From positions 62,001-126,000 of the forward strand of contig JAAILG010000175.1 of NCBI GenBank assembly GCA_012026655.1: 64,000 nucleotides of DNA. The letters are read 5' to 3'. A program made the position numbers and the translations under genes. Positions 24,925 through 38,894 of the stretch are shown in pieces (position 1 is the first letter of the stretch; each line of letters starts with the position of its first letter). This DNA is from Hydrolagus affinis (Eukaryota). Below the pieces are notes generated by a model, which saw only the letters and a program-made list of their open reading frames with translations, ran no database searches and had not been told where the DNA came from.

Positions 24925-25450
24925 AATACAATACTAAATTATATTTGGATATCCCAAGGCGTTGGACAGTCAGGGATTTGGAACCGAACTGGGGTTGGGG
25001 GTTGGGCTAAGTGAGGGTGGAGGGCAGGGTTGAAGAGGAGGGTCTCAAGATGTTTATTGAAGGAGGCAAGGGAGGGAATGAGATGAAGCGAATGTAGCAT
25101 GGAGTTCCAGAGCGTGCAATCGGAGTGGCTAAAGGCCCAACTGCCGATGCAACGTGGAGCAAGCCATAGCCTGCTGAACAGAGGGAGCAGACAGGTTGAT
25201 AGGGGGTTAGCATGCCACAGAGATAGGAAAGGTCAATGCCTTGGAGGGCCTTGAAGGTGAGGATGAGGATTTTGAACTCTATCCTCCGAGAGATGGGGAG
25301 CCAGTGGAGCCGGGCAAAGGTGGGAGGGGTGGGTTCACAGAGCCTGGTTCATGATTAAAGTGCTGGATGATCCACACCTTTTGGAGGGAAGAGTTAGTAT
25401 GGCCGACAAGGAGGGAGTTGGCATAGCCAAGCCTAGATGTGTTAAACGCA
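24925..25450 (-). mobile_element. L2 3' fragment with ORF2 C-terminus
   Basis: Translates as AFNTSRLGYANSLLVG..SSLQKVWIIQ, compared with the L2 motif AFVTSRLDYCNSLLAG. Confidence 0.8.
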
Positions 25451-25453
25451 CAT

Positions 25454-25522
25454 AATAATAACAAAACAACAAATTACACTTGTATTGCGCCTTTCACGTC
25501 GGAAGGACGTCCCAAGGTGCTG
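25454..25522 (-). mobile_element. L2 tail-only copy, type A
   Basis: Reverse complement of GCACCTTGGGACGTCCTTCCGACGTGAAAGGCGC...TTGTTG. Confidence 0.75.
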
Positions 25523-26759
25523 GATAATAATGCAAGTTTAATAATATTTGCATTTGATAAAAGACTTCAACTTTAAAACTGGACATAAAACATAAAACAC
25601 TATCTATAAATTTGAACACATTTTGCAACTTTTATATGATATGATATTTGATGCACTAAGTGCCTTCCTAGATGTATAAGGATGGTGTCAGCTTAGCTCA
25701 TGCTGTGTTCACTCTCATCTCTGGATCAGAAGCTTTTGAGATCAATTCTCAGATCAGCACTTTGAGCTCAGTCTCATCTGGTATTCCATTGCAAGGTAAC
25801 ATATGCTGTTTGAAATGTTAAAGATCCCATTAAACAATTAAAAAAGAAAAGAGTTTCACCTAATGTCCTGGCTGACAATCTTCCAAGTAAATGATGTACT
25901 TATTTCAATGGCAATTGCTATTGGCAAATTTTGTTTACCTGTGGATACTTAGTCACTACACTTTACAGGAATTACTCGTGAAGCATTCCAACATCATAGG
26001 CACAATATCAAATTAATTCGGGAATTGGGCAATTGTAGCTCAGCCAACAATAATGTTTCAAGTAATGCTGAATGGAAGCAACAGAAAGGAAGAGAGAAAT
26101 GTTGGAAGTTTGTAAACATGTGAATATAAACAGATTTAAATCAGGATTGTAACACTCAGGAATGCGCATCAATTAAATCACTGCCTCTGAGACTGAGAGG
26201 CTTGTAAATATAATCGAGAGAAAGTGCCGTGGCTTGTGAAAATAAAGAAACAAAAGTGAAAGACAAAGCACTCCAGCATTATCGTGACAGATCTTGTTGC
26301 TGGGTTATCCTTTTGGAGCAGGCCCTGAAAGATTCAGTCACCAGCTCCTGACATGGAGGAATGATGACGGGCCCTATGGTTTACTGAAAATAAACCTCTG
26401 GATAATGTTACACTGCACAACTCCCAAGGCGTTTTCAGCTCATGCATCTCAGTTCTGCCACTTCACTGATTGAATTGTAATGTTGTTTTACTTCTTGTAT
26501 AATAGTGAGAATATGAAATTCCATGCACTGAGTCTTGTCATTATGGTAGAAGGCTGGCATTGATGCTCTGGCACTCTGAAAGTTGTGTGTTACACGTGCT
26601 CAGTGACATGTCTTGTACATGACACTCAGCAACATGCCACCCATTGAGCATTCTGCGTGGCCTGGGAACTCACCTTAATGGACATTTGACTTCCATCTAG
26701 CAAGCCTGGCTGTTACCTGGATTCTGTCACCCATTCAGATTTTGTTTGTTTGTCCTTAG

Positions 26760-26960
26760 ATGCCTGGACGCCAGATAAAGTGCTGCACAAATGGCAAGAT
26801 GTTTTAAAAAAGGTTAAAAAAAAGTGCACAGATTATTATTATTCCCCAAAGGGAAGAAGAATGACCCAGGATTGCAGGAATAAAGCCAGTATATGTGTTG
26901 CATTGGAAGACAAACTGAAAATGTTGACCTACATCAAACACAATGAGCGAGGAATGTTTT
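26760..26960 (+). pseudogene. Decayed Myb/SANT-like (Harbinger ORF2/NAIF1-type) fragment
   Basis: WTPDKVLHKWQDVLKKVKKK...GRRMT...LEDKLKMLTYI resembles the family pattern RTxxEVxKKWQDLKxxxKKK...RRxTGGG...LEEK; preceded by a ttgtccttag acceptor. Confidence 0.45.
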
Positions 26961-29900
26961 GACGTCTTCTTTGACAAACATAGAGAAAGCTCAGCTCAAA
27001 AGCAAGGCTCCAACAATCCAGCCATTGCAAATAGATAATCAATCATCAGTGTCACTTCAGGGGTCAGCAGTAGCCTGCACAGTCATTGTAGATCTCTGAC
27101 CTGACCTTTAAACCCTGATCTGCACCAGCAGCAAGAAAAGACTCAGTTAAGCCTCTTTTCAGACAAAAGTATAAAGAATCACTTTCTTAATATCCAATCA
27201 TAACTGCTCCACAACATCTTCCAATTTTTCAGTGAATCATTTTATCATCGCTTATATCTATTATATAGGGCAATAGCAGTTATTATCCACCGTAAACCCG
27301 GATGCTAATGAAGAGAGACAAAGATTAGTCGGAGAGTGAGATTGAGTTAAAAAAAAGGTTTTTAAAAGTCCTAGTAATTTGAACTATGGGGGCAGCAGTG
27401 AGTTGTAAAGCATCAAGAATGAAGTCAAATCCCACAAAGCCTGCAGCCTTCTTCTGCTGAAATACCAGATAGCCAGCACCTTCTTGATCACTGTCTAACT
27501 TCAAAAGGAAAGAAGCCTGTCAGCTATGCGGTGTGCTCATAAATTTGGTAAAGTCCTGTGAAGTCATTCGTAAGTTGTTTTGCCTTTGTAATTTTAGCAA
27601 AGGACAGTCAGGGAGACAGAACAGACGGGACCGCCCAGATATTCTTCCTTCCCTCGTGGAAAAGTCATAGAATAGGTCAGAAGTCGAGCCACTATGCCTT
27701 CATTGTCGCCCACCATCTCTGATCTGGTCAATTACATTTGCATGGTAGTGAGAGTACTGCTTTATGGAGCTAGGTATAAAGAAACATGTGTAAAAGGGCT
27801 TTCAGATCAATATGAGCTGCAACTCAATTCATTACAACTCCAGAGCTGCACACTTATAAATTCTGACTCTTCTTTTGAAAACAAATGCGGAAAACCAGCT
27901 TTCAAATTAAGACCGAAACTGTATTTGAGAATTTTACACAAATCTGAAATACCTTAGAGTTTAAGATGAATTAGTCTTACAGACTAATTCATCTTAAACA
28001 TTTAATATTAGTCTTACAGACTAATTAAGTCCAGATGGAATTTCAGGCCTGAGTGATGGTCAACCACAGTGGCAGAAGTGAGCCACAGGTAACCCTTACA
28101 GTCTGAGTGAAACAACCAATTTACTCTCTTTTAATGACAAATACTGGATGTTTTCCTGATGATTTGTGCTCCAGACTGGACACCAGCCTGGATGTTGATC
28201 TGACTTTGGAAAGCTTTTGTGACCTGAAGGGTGTACGGAATACAACTCTTCTCTTTTCTATTTTCTCCAATGGCCTGTCTGCAGGAAGTCAAAGTAACAT
28301 CATTCACCAGAACAACTTTGGGGGAAGCTGAGACACAAAACATAAGGTTTATGAGGGTGCAAGTCACAACAGGGTCAAGGATCGTTCGTACAAGGAACTA
28401 TAAGTGACTGGATACATATTGTGAAGATTGCTGAAAGGAGTACTCTGAACATTAAGTGCAGTACATCTTCAAATATTGCTACCGTTTAATTATTATTTGT
28501 TGTTATTACAATACAGCACTGGCACAAGATCTCAGTAATTGAACTGTGCAATCTCTGTGATGCTGTGCGTGTTAATTGTGAATGATATTCAAGCCCAATG
28601 CTCAAAAGTTATTTTCTTATTTTCAGCTTTCCTGCAGGAGGTAAAAGGAGCGGAACCAATGGTTTCCTCTTGTACAGTCAAGTCATTAGCATTTGATATT
28701 AATATTAATATTGGGGAGCTTTTAATGAGGTCAGTTGAGCATTTAACATTTAATATTCAACACATCAAATGTAACTGGATGTGCCGGAGGCAGCCCGTCC
28801 CCTCCTCCCTCCCTTGCTATTCTTAATGGAATGTTCTCCTATCAAGTGCAAATTCGCTATAGTTTGCAGTATATCCTGTGAAGTGCTTTGAAATGTTCTC
28901 TTGATGTAAAAGTCACCACATCAAATGCAAGGACTATTATTACTATTATTAGATGTCCGCCAACCTGGCTTCATGGCATTGGAGTTCTGACTCATTGATT
29001 TCAACTAACTGTGGTTAGCAGCATAACAGCTACCCTGGAGTTTTCTTTAGTGAAAAGCTGTTGTCCCACAGCAGATTAAATACAAGACCCACTGCCTCGA
29101 TACAGGCCTGGTCAGAGTTATCCACATCGTGAAACAGAGAATTACATATATTTACATAGACTATACAGCACCAAACAGGTCAGTTAACCCAATTACTCCT
29201 TGCTAGTGTTTATGCTCCACGTTAGCCTCCATCTCTCCTGATCTCCTCCTTTGATTTCCCTTCCTATGGCCATTTTCATCTTACTCATGTAAGTAAACAA
29301 AATAACCAGAGGTCAAACCTTTTGCAAGCAAGAAGTCTAATGCCTGCGCCCTGGGTTCATAAACATTGACAGTCATCAGGGGTTGAGGGAGTACATCTCT
29401 GGCTAATCCAGAGACAGTGAGATGGTAAATATTGTATTTGGCAGTAAATTGATCCCGATGCCGGTATACAGACATTGAAAAAAGTAATACTGGGGGATAA
29501 ATACAGGATTCCTAAATACATTCTGTTCCTCAAAAATCCCATTCCTTAATTATGGTTTATCGACTGCAATCCTAATCTGCCTTTATCTATCGACAGGCAT
29601 GAGAGTAAGTAATTACCATTACCCTTGGTGTGGTGTACTCTGAAGTATCTTTTCAACAAATGTTGCCAACCATCTTATATTCCTCCTTACGTCCTATTTC
29701 ACCCACAAATATACAGTCAATTCACTTTACAATATATTCTGTTAAACCCTTTCAGACATCTAGAAGACGTGAAAAGCGCTGTATAACATGCAAGGATAAT
29801 TATTATTATTCTTTTTCTTATCCCAGCGACAATGTTTGAGTACTGCTTCATTGGATACTGATCCATAAGCCAGTACTTATTTTTAACCTGCACTGAAACA

Positions 29901-30509
29901 CCCCTATGGCAATTAAAGAACAGAAATCGAATGTTTGGGACCAACTATTGTGCTAAAGTTGCTGGGACAGCGAGAGACCTTTCTCCCCCATTCTTATTAT
30001 CGCACCACAGTGAAAGTACAAGTAATGGTTTCACTGTCCATTCTGAAATAAAATTTACAGCCAGGAAGTTATTTCCTGCTTGATTTTACAGACAAGAGAA
30101 TCAGCTCTTTCAGCATATACTCACAGCAGTATACTGAACAAATATTGAAATAATCCATGTGTTTTATAAAGCCCCTCATCATATTGTCAAAATGTCTCAA
30201 AGTACTTCACAGGAAACATTGTAAATTCACAATACTGTGTATATTGTGGGCGACTGTGGCAGCCAATCTGCACCAGAGATGTCCCATCAATGGTCAGCCA
30301 GAGAGGGAATGACCAAATAATTACAAAATACTAAAGTCATTACCTACTGATATTTTATCATTTCTTTAAAGGGTTAAAATGCCCCATGTGATAATCATCC
30401 CATTGTGGTAAATTGCAGTTAAACCAACTGATAATTTGCGCTTTGCTGGATACTGATTTAACTCAAACAGGTATTGTGAAGAAAATGGGTATTCTCACCA
30501 ATGTTTACA

Positions 30510-30810
30510 AGAAATAATAAAACTTGCATTCGCTATAGTGCCACACATCATCAAAGTGGTTCACAGGAATTACTGTGAAGTGTATTGACTATATATTATG
30601 TAGACAAACGCACCAGTCAATTTGCGAACAGCAATGTCCCAAATTGCCATGAAGTGAATTTGATTTAGGGAATTATTGACCAGGATTCCAGGAGAAATTA
30701 TTTTCTTTTCTCAGATAGTACCATGGGATCTTTTATATCCACCTAAACAGGCAGACAATACCTTGGTTTAACCTCTCATACGAAGGATGGCACCTCCTAT
30801 AATGCAGTAC
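30510..30810 (-). mobile_element. Old Deu-domain SINE
   Basis: CCATGGGATCTTTTATATCCACCTAAACAGGCAGAC...GGTTTAACCTCTCATACGAAGGATGGCACCTCC is the reverse complement of the Deu domain. Confidence 0.75.
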
Positions 30811-31559
30811 ACCATGCTGAAAAATGAACATTTGACATAGAATATTATTCTCCCCAACTGAACTGTACTCATCACTTGTTCAGACAGTGCTGTGCATAGG
30901 CAGACACTAATAAATACTTCATAATAAATACAGATGACTGTTGACATTCCTAATAACATGAAGTCTGGTTAATATGTATTGAATGTCCTAAAAGATTGAT
31001 GGGAATCTCCAGCGATGCCGGAAAAGATACTACACAATCACTAATAAAATTAAGGATATTTTACAGCTACATTTTTTATAATAAAAAAGTCTTTCATTAT
31101 TGGTTTGCAACCTTGACTTCATTACAATATAGTCAAACAAGATTTATGAAATTTCATGCAACATTTAACAACATAATTAGAGTTCATCATGTCTTGACAT
31201 CTTTTAACCTACAGTTTAATTCATAGAAGCAAAAGGGTTTCCTGCAATCACTTTCAGGTAATATTAGTGCATCATATCATAAAATATTGTACCCTGGACT
31301 GCGGTAGGACATATTAGAACCAAAATCCAGTATTTGTGACAAATAGTGACCCTGATACTGGTAAATGACTCCTGCTACTATGTGTGGCGCTGGAAAACAA
31401 CCCATTGGAATTACATTCTGACTTGACCTACATCTAGAACGGAAGGTACGTACTTTCAATTACCACACAAGTGAACTTTTTTTTGGTGTTCCCAATCTGA
31501 TACTGCTTGAGACCAACTGGAAGGCGTACAATGTTGATTTACAAATATGATACCATATT

Positions 31560-31740
31560 TATTGGATACAGCATTCAAAAAAAATTGTAGCTTTTCTCTC
31601 CAGAAGTGAGATGATTGGGAGTGGACCTAATAGAGGTTTAAAAGATTATAAAAGGATATAATATGGTAGATATTAGTTAGCTGTTTCCACTTTTTTGGTG
31701 CGTACAAAGCAAGGGGGCATAAATATAAAATAATCCTGCA
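31560..31740 (+). mobile_element. CR1 fragment
   Basis: CTTTTCTCTCCAGAAGTGAGATGATTGGGAGTGGACCTAATAGAGG...AAGGGGGCATAAATATAAAAT. Confidence 0.65.
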
Positions 31741-32004
31741 CAGACAATTTGGTTAAAATATTATATTATAAAAAATTACATATCACCTCTCCAAAATAGC
31801 CCGTTTGTATTTTATTTTGCTCTTAAATAGATTGCTTCAGCCATCAAATTCTGAAACGTAATATCTCTGTGAATTTCATACTCTCCTTGTACTGTTGAGG
31901 AGTGTCAGCCTGGACTGCGAGCTTGAGTTTGGTCTCATTTATTCATTCAATACCCTTTTGTTGAGGTAACCTAGGAAAGCTGAAAAAAAAATGAAGCAGC
32001 ACAC

Positions 32005-32365
32005 TGAAAGAGGGTTTAAAATGGTTAAAGGATCTGTCAAGGTCAATAGAGAGAAATGTTTCCATCCGGAGAGGAATCCCAAACAAGAGGACATCATCTT
32101 TAAATTAGAGCTAAACAGATTAAGAGTGAAATCAGCCAATGTGTTTTTCACACAAGGGGTTGGTCACTACATCTAAAGGTTGTAGATGTCGAGTCCTTTG
32201 AAATATTCAAGAGGGAGATAGATTAATATTTGGTAGGCAAGGGGTACCAAGGGATATGGTGCAAGAGTATGAAAAGGAATAACATTGTAGATCAGCCATG
32301 ATCTGTTAAAATAGTGGAGTAGGTTCAAAGGTGGAGCAGGTTCAAAGGAGTGTATCCTTTTTGAG
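32005..32365 (+). mobile_element. CR1 3' end
   Basis: ACAAGAGGACATCATCTTTAAATTAGAG...TTTTTCACACAAGGGGTTG...TTCAAGAGGGAGATAGAT...GATCAGCCATGATC. Confidence 0.75.
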
Positions 32366-32648
32366 GTGTCTTGATGACATGATAAGGTGTTACATCAAAT
32401 GCAAAGATTCTTAGTATTACATTCTTTAAGTTGGATGTAATATTTGATCCATGAGAGTCATGTTTTTCTATTTCCATTGCCAAAGATAAATCCCTTCTTA
32501 TTCTGATCAAGCACATTTCCTTACTACTCAATGGTACAGGATAGATCAGCAGCTGGGGGGTAAAGAATAGAAAACATCTGAAGAAGGGAGATTCATCCAT
32601 ATAAAAATATGCTTAGTCTTGAAATGAAACATTAAAGTCTGGTTTCAT

Positions 32649-32830
32649 GGACTCCTGCAGCAATTGATTAGAGCAATTGCCTCGCAAGTGAAGGGACCCA
32701 ACTTCAATTCCTGGGCAGGGTGAAACCTTAGGAGAGGTTCCTTGGTCCACATGCTTCTGTTTACCCAGCAGTAAATAGGAACCCAGTTGTTAGTCGTGTA
32801 TTTGGCAGATTGTTTTCTGAGAGTAATATA
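32649..32830 (+). mobile_element. 5' part of tRNA-derived SINE, long variant
   Basis: GGACTCCTGCAGC head; TCTGTTTACCCAGCAGTAAATAGGAACCCAGTTGTTAGTCG. Confidence 0.75.
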
Positions 32831-33056
32831 TAGATTTATATATAATAGATATATATATATTTTCCTTTAATATGTGTGGTATAGAAGTATTTGCAACTTG
32901 GTAACAATTTGGCACTGGGTTCTAATCAAATAATTTTCCCACAAACAGCTATGGAATGAGTAACCAAATTTATACGGGGTTATCGTGGAGCTGAACTGAC
33001 TCTAAGATGACATGTTTGGCCACCCTCTGGGGTGGTCTTAGTACTTGAATCAATAA

Positions 33057-33148
33057 CTGTCCAGCACTTTGGGACGTCCTCCTGATGTGAAAGGCGCTGT
33101 ACAAATGTTATTTTGTTGTTGGTGTTGTTGTCATTGTTGTTGTTGTTG
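33057..33148 (+). mobile_element. L2 tail-only copy, type A
   Basis: TTTGGGACGTCCTCCTGATGTGAAAGGCGCTGTACAAATG plus (GTT)n. Confidence 0.75.
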
Positions 33149-33149
33149 A

Positions 33150-33677
33150 TTGTACCCACCTATGCCAATGCCATACTTGTTGACTTACCTAATTCCTCCC
33201 TCCATAGGCTGCAGATTATCCAGAACTCTGCAGCCCATGTCATCTCCCACACCAGGCTTTGCAAACCTATCACCCCTATTCTTACCATTCTCACCCAACT
33301 CCACTGGCTTCCCATCACTCAGAGGATTCTTTCAAGATGCTGGTCCTCAAATTCAAAGCTCTCCATGGCCTTGCCCCACCTTAACTCTGTGACCTCGTAA
33401 CCCCCTATCAACCTGTTCGCTTCCTCTGCTCAGCTGCCTCCAACCTGCTCCATGTCCCCCGATGCATCGGCCCCACCATCAGTTGGTGAGCCTTCTCTGC
33501 CTGCCCCCAACCTTTGGAATTCCATCCTGCAATCCCTCCGCAACACCTCCTCCCTAGCCTCTTCCTTCCACCCACCCCAATCCCTACCCTAGCTTGGGTC
33601 TGAAACACTGACTGTCCAGCGTCTTGGGAAGTCCTCCTGACATCAAAGGCACTATATCAATCTAATTTTCTTGTTGC
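33150..33677 (+). mobile_element. L2 3' fragment with ORF2 C-terminus
   Basis: YANAILVDLPNSSLHRLQIIQNSAAHVISHTR...ITPILT..LHWLPI; type A tail. Confidence 0.85.
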
Positions 33678-36600
33678 AGTCCAATTCCTGAGCCAAGCGG
33701 GTCTGCACTACTCCAGGGCACAGTAGGACTTGGAAGGGCAGACCAGTCACTGAGGAAAAGGAATCATTCCACTCAGCTCCCATTAACCCTGCAAGCCAAA
33801 GCCCTTATGGGTAGGGTGGTCCCAGTTGGATAAACAGTGGGAAACCTTGCCAGTTGAGACAATGCTTTCAATGGTAATTATGCAGTTTAGCTAGTTAGAC
33901 TCCATTCATACCCCAATGCACACTCTGGTTCCTAAGATTTGGCTCTTGGCAACTTGCATCCGGAATTAGGTAAACAGAATGTATGCCTCCAGGGAGAAGG
34001 GGCCTCCAGTAGAAATATCTCTGAAATTTCCATGTAGATGGGATGCATGAAGTTGGTTTGGATACCCTTAAGCATAGTGATGGGTTTCAGCATATGTCAG
34101 ACATTCAACATTTTGAAAAAAACACAATACAGTATTAATTTCTCTAGATCAGACGTGTTGTGGATATAACAATTAACTTTATTTGGGGGGCCTAAGGTAT
34201 TTCTTTACTGTTTGTATATTTTAAATCAGTCACAGAATTTTCTGTGCTTAAATTCTCAAGAGACTGACTCCAAATCCCCTTGTTTTCCACATGAAGATTT
34301 TAACTATGAACAAGAAAATGAAAGAGGGGAAAACAGGAAGACAATAGCTGTCTACCCTTTCTGAAGATAAATGAGCCGTTCTTCATCTATTTTTTAAGGT
34401 CCTGTCCATCATCCCAGTGAAGTACCTGCCAACTGCAAAAAGCTCTGCAAATAGAGCCCAGGGGGGAAAATGCATGTTCGAGATTTAAAGTGCGCAGTCT
34501 TGAGTGGATTGTCTTTAGACTTTCAATCACCTTGCCTTTAAAATCTTTTTTGTTCAAAGCAAGTAGGGAATTGCGATAGTTTCAAGCTGTACGATGGGAT
34601 GTCTCATATAACTATAACCAAGTGAAGACAAGGTTCAAATAGAAAAGAGGAATGTGCTGTGTACTTTGTTTGTTTCTTGCGGAATGAACCGCATCCATTG
34701 ACAGAAATGAGCTGTGATTGCCAGGACTTAGATCCTGTCATTTTGTTAGCTGTAACTTATTGGCGAGTGCTAAACATTCTCTCGATTTAGAGCTTGACAT
34801 AGAAACGGCTTGTTCTTTGCGATGACAGGACAACGTAGGTTCAGTCAGACAGATTGATGGACTGACATAAAGATCGCTTTAATTTAGAAAACAACTATCC
34901 AGGTTGAAGTTGGAAGGTGCAAGGAATGCAGTTAGATTGACAGTTCAATTTATATCGTTATTTATAACCAAAGAGAAAGAATACTTATTGTATATTTTCA
35001 CAATTATTAATATTTACATCATAGAGCTGAACAGCTGGCTCCAGCCTTCTGCTCATCTTCGTCTTGTGTTCCGCTATAGTTAAGTGCTCCAAGACATTAC
35101 CCCACATGTAGGGTGCTATATAAGTTGTTGTTGTTGAACAGAGATCATTTAAAGTGGTCTGATTATTTAAGGTGGTCTAAAGTTCGTGAATACCAGTGAG
35201 CTGCTGGGACTTAGGCAGCGATTTGCCATTAGTCTTGTATTATAAAGGGTCTCAAGCGCTGTAAAGCGGGTCTGAAACTTGCTAGAGGAGATGCCAAACC
35301 TGCAGTACACAGAGCAGCCCAGATTGTGTAATCGTCTCTTCTCCTTTAACCATAAGGGAGGGGGAACAAGTTTAGAATTTGGGGAGCTCTACAAATATAT
35401 TTACTTTGAAAGGAAATTTGTTTTCACAAAATAAAGCAAGTACCTATATATTGTTTTATTAATGCCGGAGCTACATTAATGTGTCCTTAGCCTAATCCCA
35501 CTAGGTCCACTTATTCTCCTTGCCCTAACCCCTGCTTCCCTTGTGGCTAGTTATTGTCCACGACAGGACCTCTATTGTGGCATTTTCTCGTTGACAGTTA
35601 TTTCTGAAGAGTTTTGAAGGCAATTTTGAGCTGCATGCGGCATGTAACTGATACATACAGTAGGGTCACTCCATTCCCTTCGAATGTGCTACATGACAGT
35701 ATGATTGATTGTCCATTTGGGGAAGAAAATACTAGAAATAGTCAAATAAAACAAGCTCTTATAGGTTTGGCTGGAAGTGTAGAAAAACATTCTTTTTAGT
35801 AATCCGTCCTGAAGAATAAATTGTAGTGTGAACTTAATTTTTGTTACATAAACAGTTATTTTTTAGGTCCATGTATAGCACCCTGTTCGAGTGCAATTTC
35901 CTTTATGTTTCTCCTCACCTAACATTCACTAAAGTGTACAAGTGATCTTGCCATTAGGCTGTGGACACTTGCAATGTATCTTGAATCTCCAGAAATATTT
36001 CTAGGCATAAGCTTACAAAATGCACCTCCTACCATGAAAGGGGTTGTGTTAAAATCATTTATTATTTTATTCAGATTTCTTTATGTTACATGCAGAATGG
36101 TAAGTATGTAAAATACAATTGTTTAAGAAAGGGAATGGAGGTAGGCCATGTCAGTAAATTCAAGAGGGAATCATACAGCTACTTCATGAATAATTTAGTT
36201 GAGGCGTTTGAGAGGATGGTTTAATACTTATTTTTACCTTGGGTCCGGACGGATAGACCACAATGGTTTTCTTCTGTTCTTGTAATTTCCTATGTTCTTG
36301 TTTGACCTTAGAAAAGGACTGACTTATCACACATTCCATTCAATATGTACAGCAAGCAAACTCTTGTGCAATTTCTTAACCACGGTGAAATTACTCCTAC
36401 ATGTATATTTTTTGTTCCACAGTGTGAATTTGCTGAAGTGTGCTCTCTTCCACACAGTTAGTACATTTGTTGCTATGCATTTCTAAATAAATATGCTCTT
36501 TGGGAAGGGAGAGCAGGGAGAAAGGAGTTGGAAAAAATAGAAATTATTTTAAAGCTGTTCATACCCCACTTCCCAGTCTGTTGCCTTCATTTAGTAACCC

Positions 36601-38894
36601 AGCGCTCTACACCACTAAGCTGTGCCTAAGCTCTACCGCTGAAACGCCATGCCTCAAGCTCTACACCTTGCCCCCTCTTTATCTACTGTATTTATAAATC
36701 GTACCTTAAGACCTACCCCTCCTCACTTCTTCCTTATTCATCCAACCACATTACTGTTCAGTGTTCTGAGACACTTTCCTGCATTAGATTTGTTATATAA
36801 ATGCAAATTGTTGTTGACGATTCAGAAATATCTAAGCAGATTCAAGTTTCAAGCTCAATTCCTGAAGTGGATGTTATTCAGTGCAAAAGAACTACAACAT
36901 TCACACAGGGCAGCATCTCAAAGTGCTAACGTTCAGTGCACTTCCAGAATAAATGGCGAGCTAGTGAGGAGAATGCTTTGGATGTTGCTAATATTGGGCC
37001 AGAATACAATGAAAATGGGATTAAAATATATTGTGCAATTTAATCAAAGATTGGTGAAATAAATGGCAGAATAGGGACAAAAGATTGAATGCTTCTCACC
37101 ATGGGGAGAGATTTATCACAAACAATATTTAAACCCGAGCTCCAAATATGCTGTGAAGAAATAGGTCACATGCATTGCATTTATATTGAACAGAATGTTA
37201 GACTGCAGCAATTGTCAAAGCCATTTACCATTGTTATATATTATTAAATACACATTATTTTGGAGTACATTCGGATATCAAGTACATTTGTGTGAAGTAG
37301 AAATCAGCATCATCACTTCCTCAGATATTACCAACTTGCAAACTCTGATCGTAAGACGAATAAACTGGAGAAATCGCTGTTGGGAAAATCACTGACAAGT
37401 CTGCTCTGTATGTATATTTTGGGAACTGCATCTCATTTGTGGTGAACAAAATCTTAGAGGGAAAGTTTGGCACAGCAATGCATTTTTTACGGTTGAAAAT
37501 GATTAAACTGTGAAACTAAGATCAGTCCTTAAAATAAATACTATATCGCTCTTCATATATGTCTTTTTATCAGTCTTACAAGGCTGTGTTTTGACATTTT
37601 AAGAATGCCACTGGCTTTCCTTCTTACTAATACCACCATTGAGCAACATTATTGTACATCATCTCCAGCAGCAGAATTTGGTTGTTTTCAACAAAAAATG
37701 TAAAGGATTTTATGTTATCGCAGTCTGTAACAACACTTTTGACACAGGTGCTATGGACATCATAGAAAGTCATACCACAGGAGACCGGCCATCTGTGCTG
37801 ATTCTTTGAAATAGCAATCCACTCATTCCCATTGACCTGCCTTATATCTGTCAAAAAAAAACTATTAGAGTTGACAATAACAAATCATTGCTGACTCATT
37901 CTCACATCCTCTGGTCTCTACAAGTTTGCACACTATAGACGTTACTGGTCATCTCACTCTCCCCTTCGAACAAAGTGTTTTCTGTATCAGAGAAATAGAA
38001 TGTTACAGCCTTGAAGCAGGACATTTGGCTCAACTATTCAGTGCCCATATTCATTCTCCACAAGAGCATTCATCCCTCCTCAACCCCTCTCCCATAAGCC
38101 TCTATTTTATTCTCCCTTATGTAGGCATCACCTTTCCTCTTAAATATGTTGATGTGTTACTGCCTTTAGTACAGCTCTGGTAGTGAATTCCAAATTTTCA
38201 CCACTTTCTGCATAGAGAAGTTCCTCCAAAGTTCTCTGTTAGATCTGCCTCAGGCTATCTTTATATGTATGCTGATATAAATGGTTGTTGGGAAATGAAA
38301 AGCACTGACAGGACTACACCCGTTGCAAGTTTTATTTAGGTAAAGTACCATATTTAAGAAGTTCAATCTGTAAAACCTGCTTATGTCAAGTATTTTCCAT
38401 TACATGTTTTTCTGACTGAATCCTAGATATGAAATAATAGTTTAAAGAGTTGGAATTCAATTGCTTTTACTTGCGGGCTACAAAATTGATCTCAGATTCC
38501 AGACCAATTCTTGATTTCAGGCCAATATTTCTGGGCAAACTAAGTTATGTGTTCTTTTGAGATATTCAGTACAATACAATGAAGCTCATCAAACAGCTGA
38601 AGGCACCATTCATAAAATCCACTGGACCATTCCAGGTTTGTTTTAGAACAACAACTCATCTGTGCGTTAAAGTCAACATGCAGGAATGCAGGAGCCACAA
38701 GACACACACTTCGTGCATCTTTGTCTGACTTTTTCCTGGAAATTTATTTCGTTTCTTTTTTTCACACTGAATGAGCCAGGAATGGTGAGGATTAATTGGG
38801 TTGAATGACCATCAGGTTCATAATGTTCTCAAATAGAGAATGGTATTACATTTTGAGCATATTACATGGTACAAATTAGCATTCCCATTCAGGT

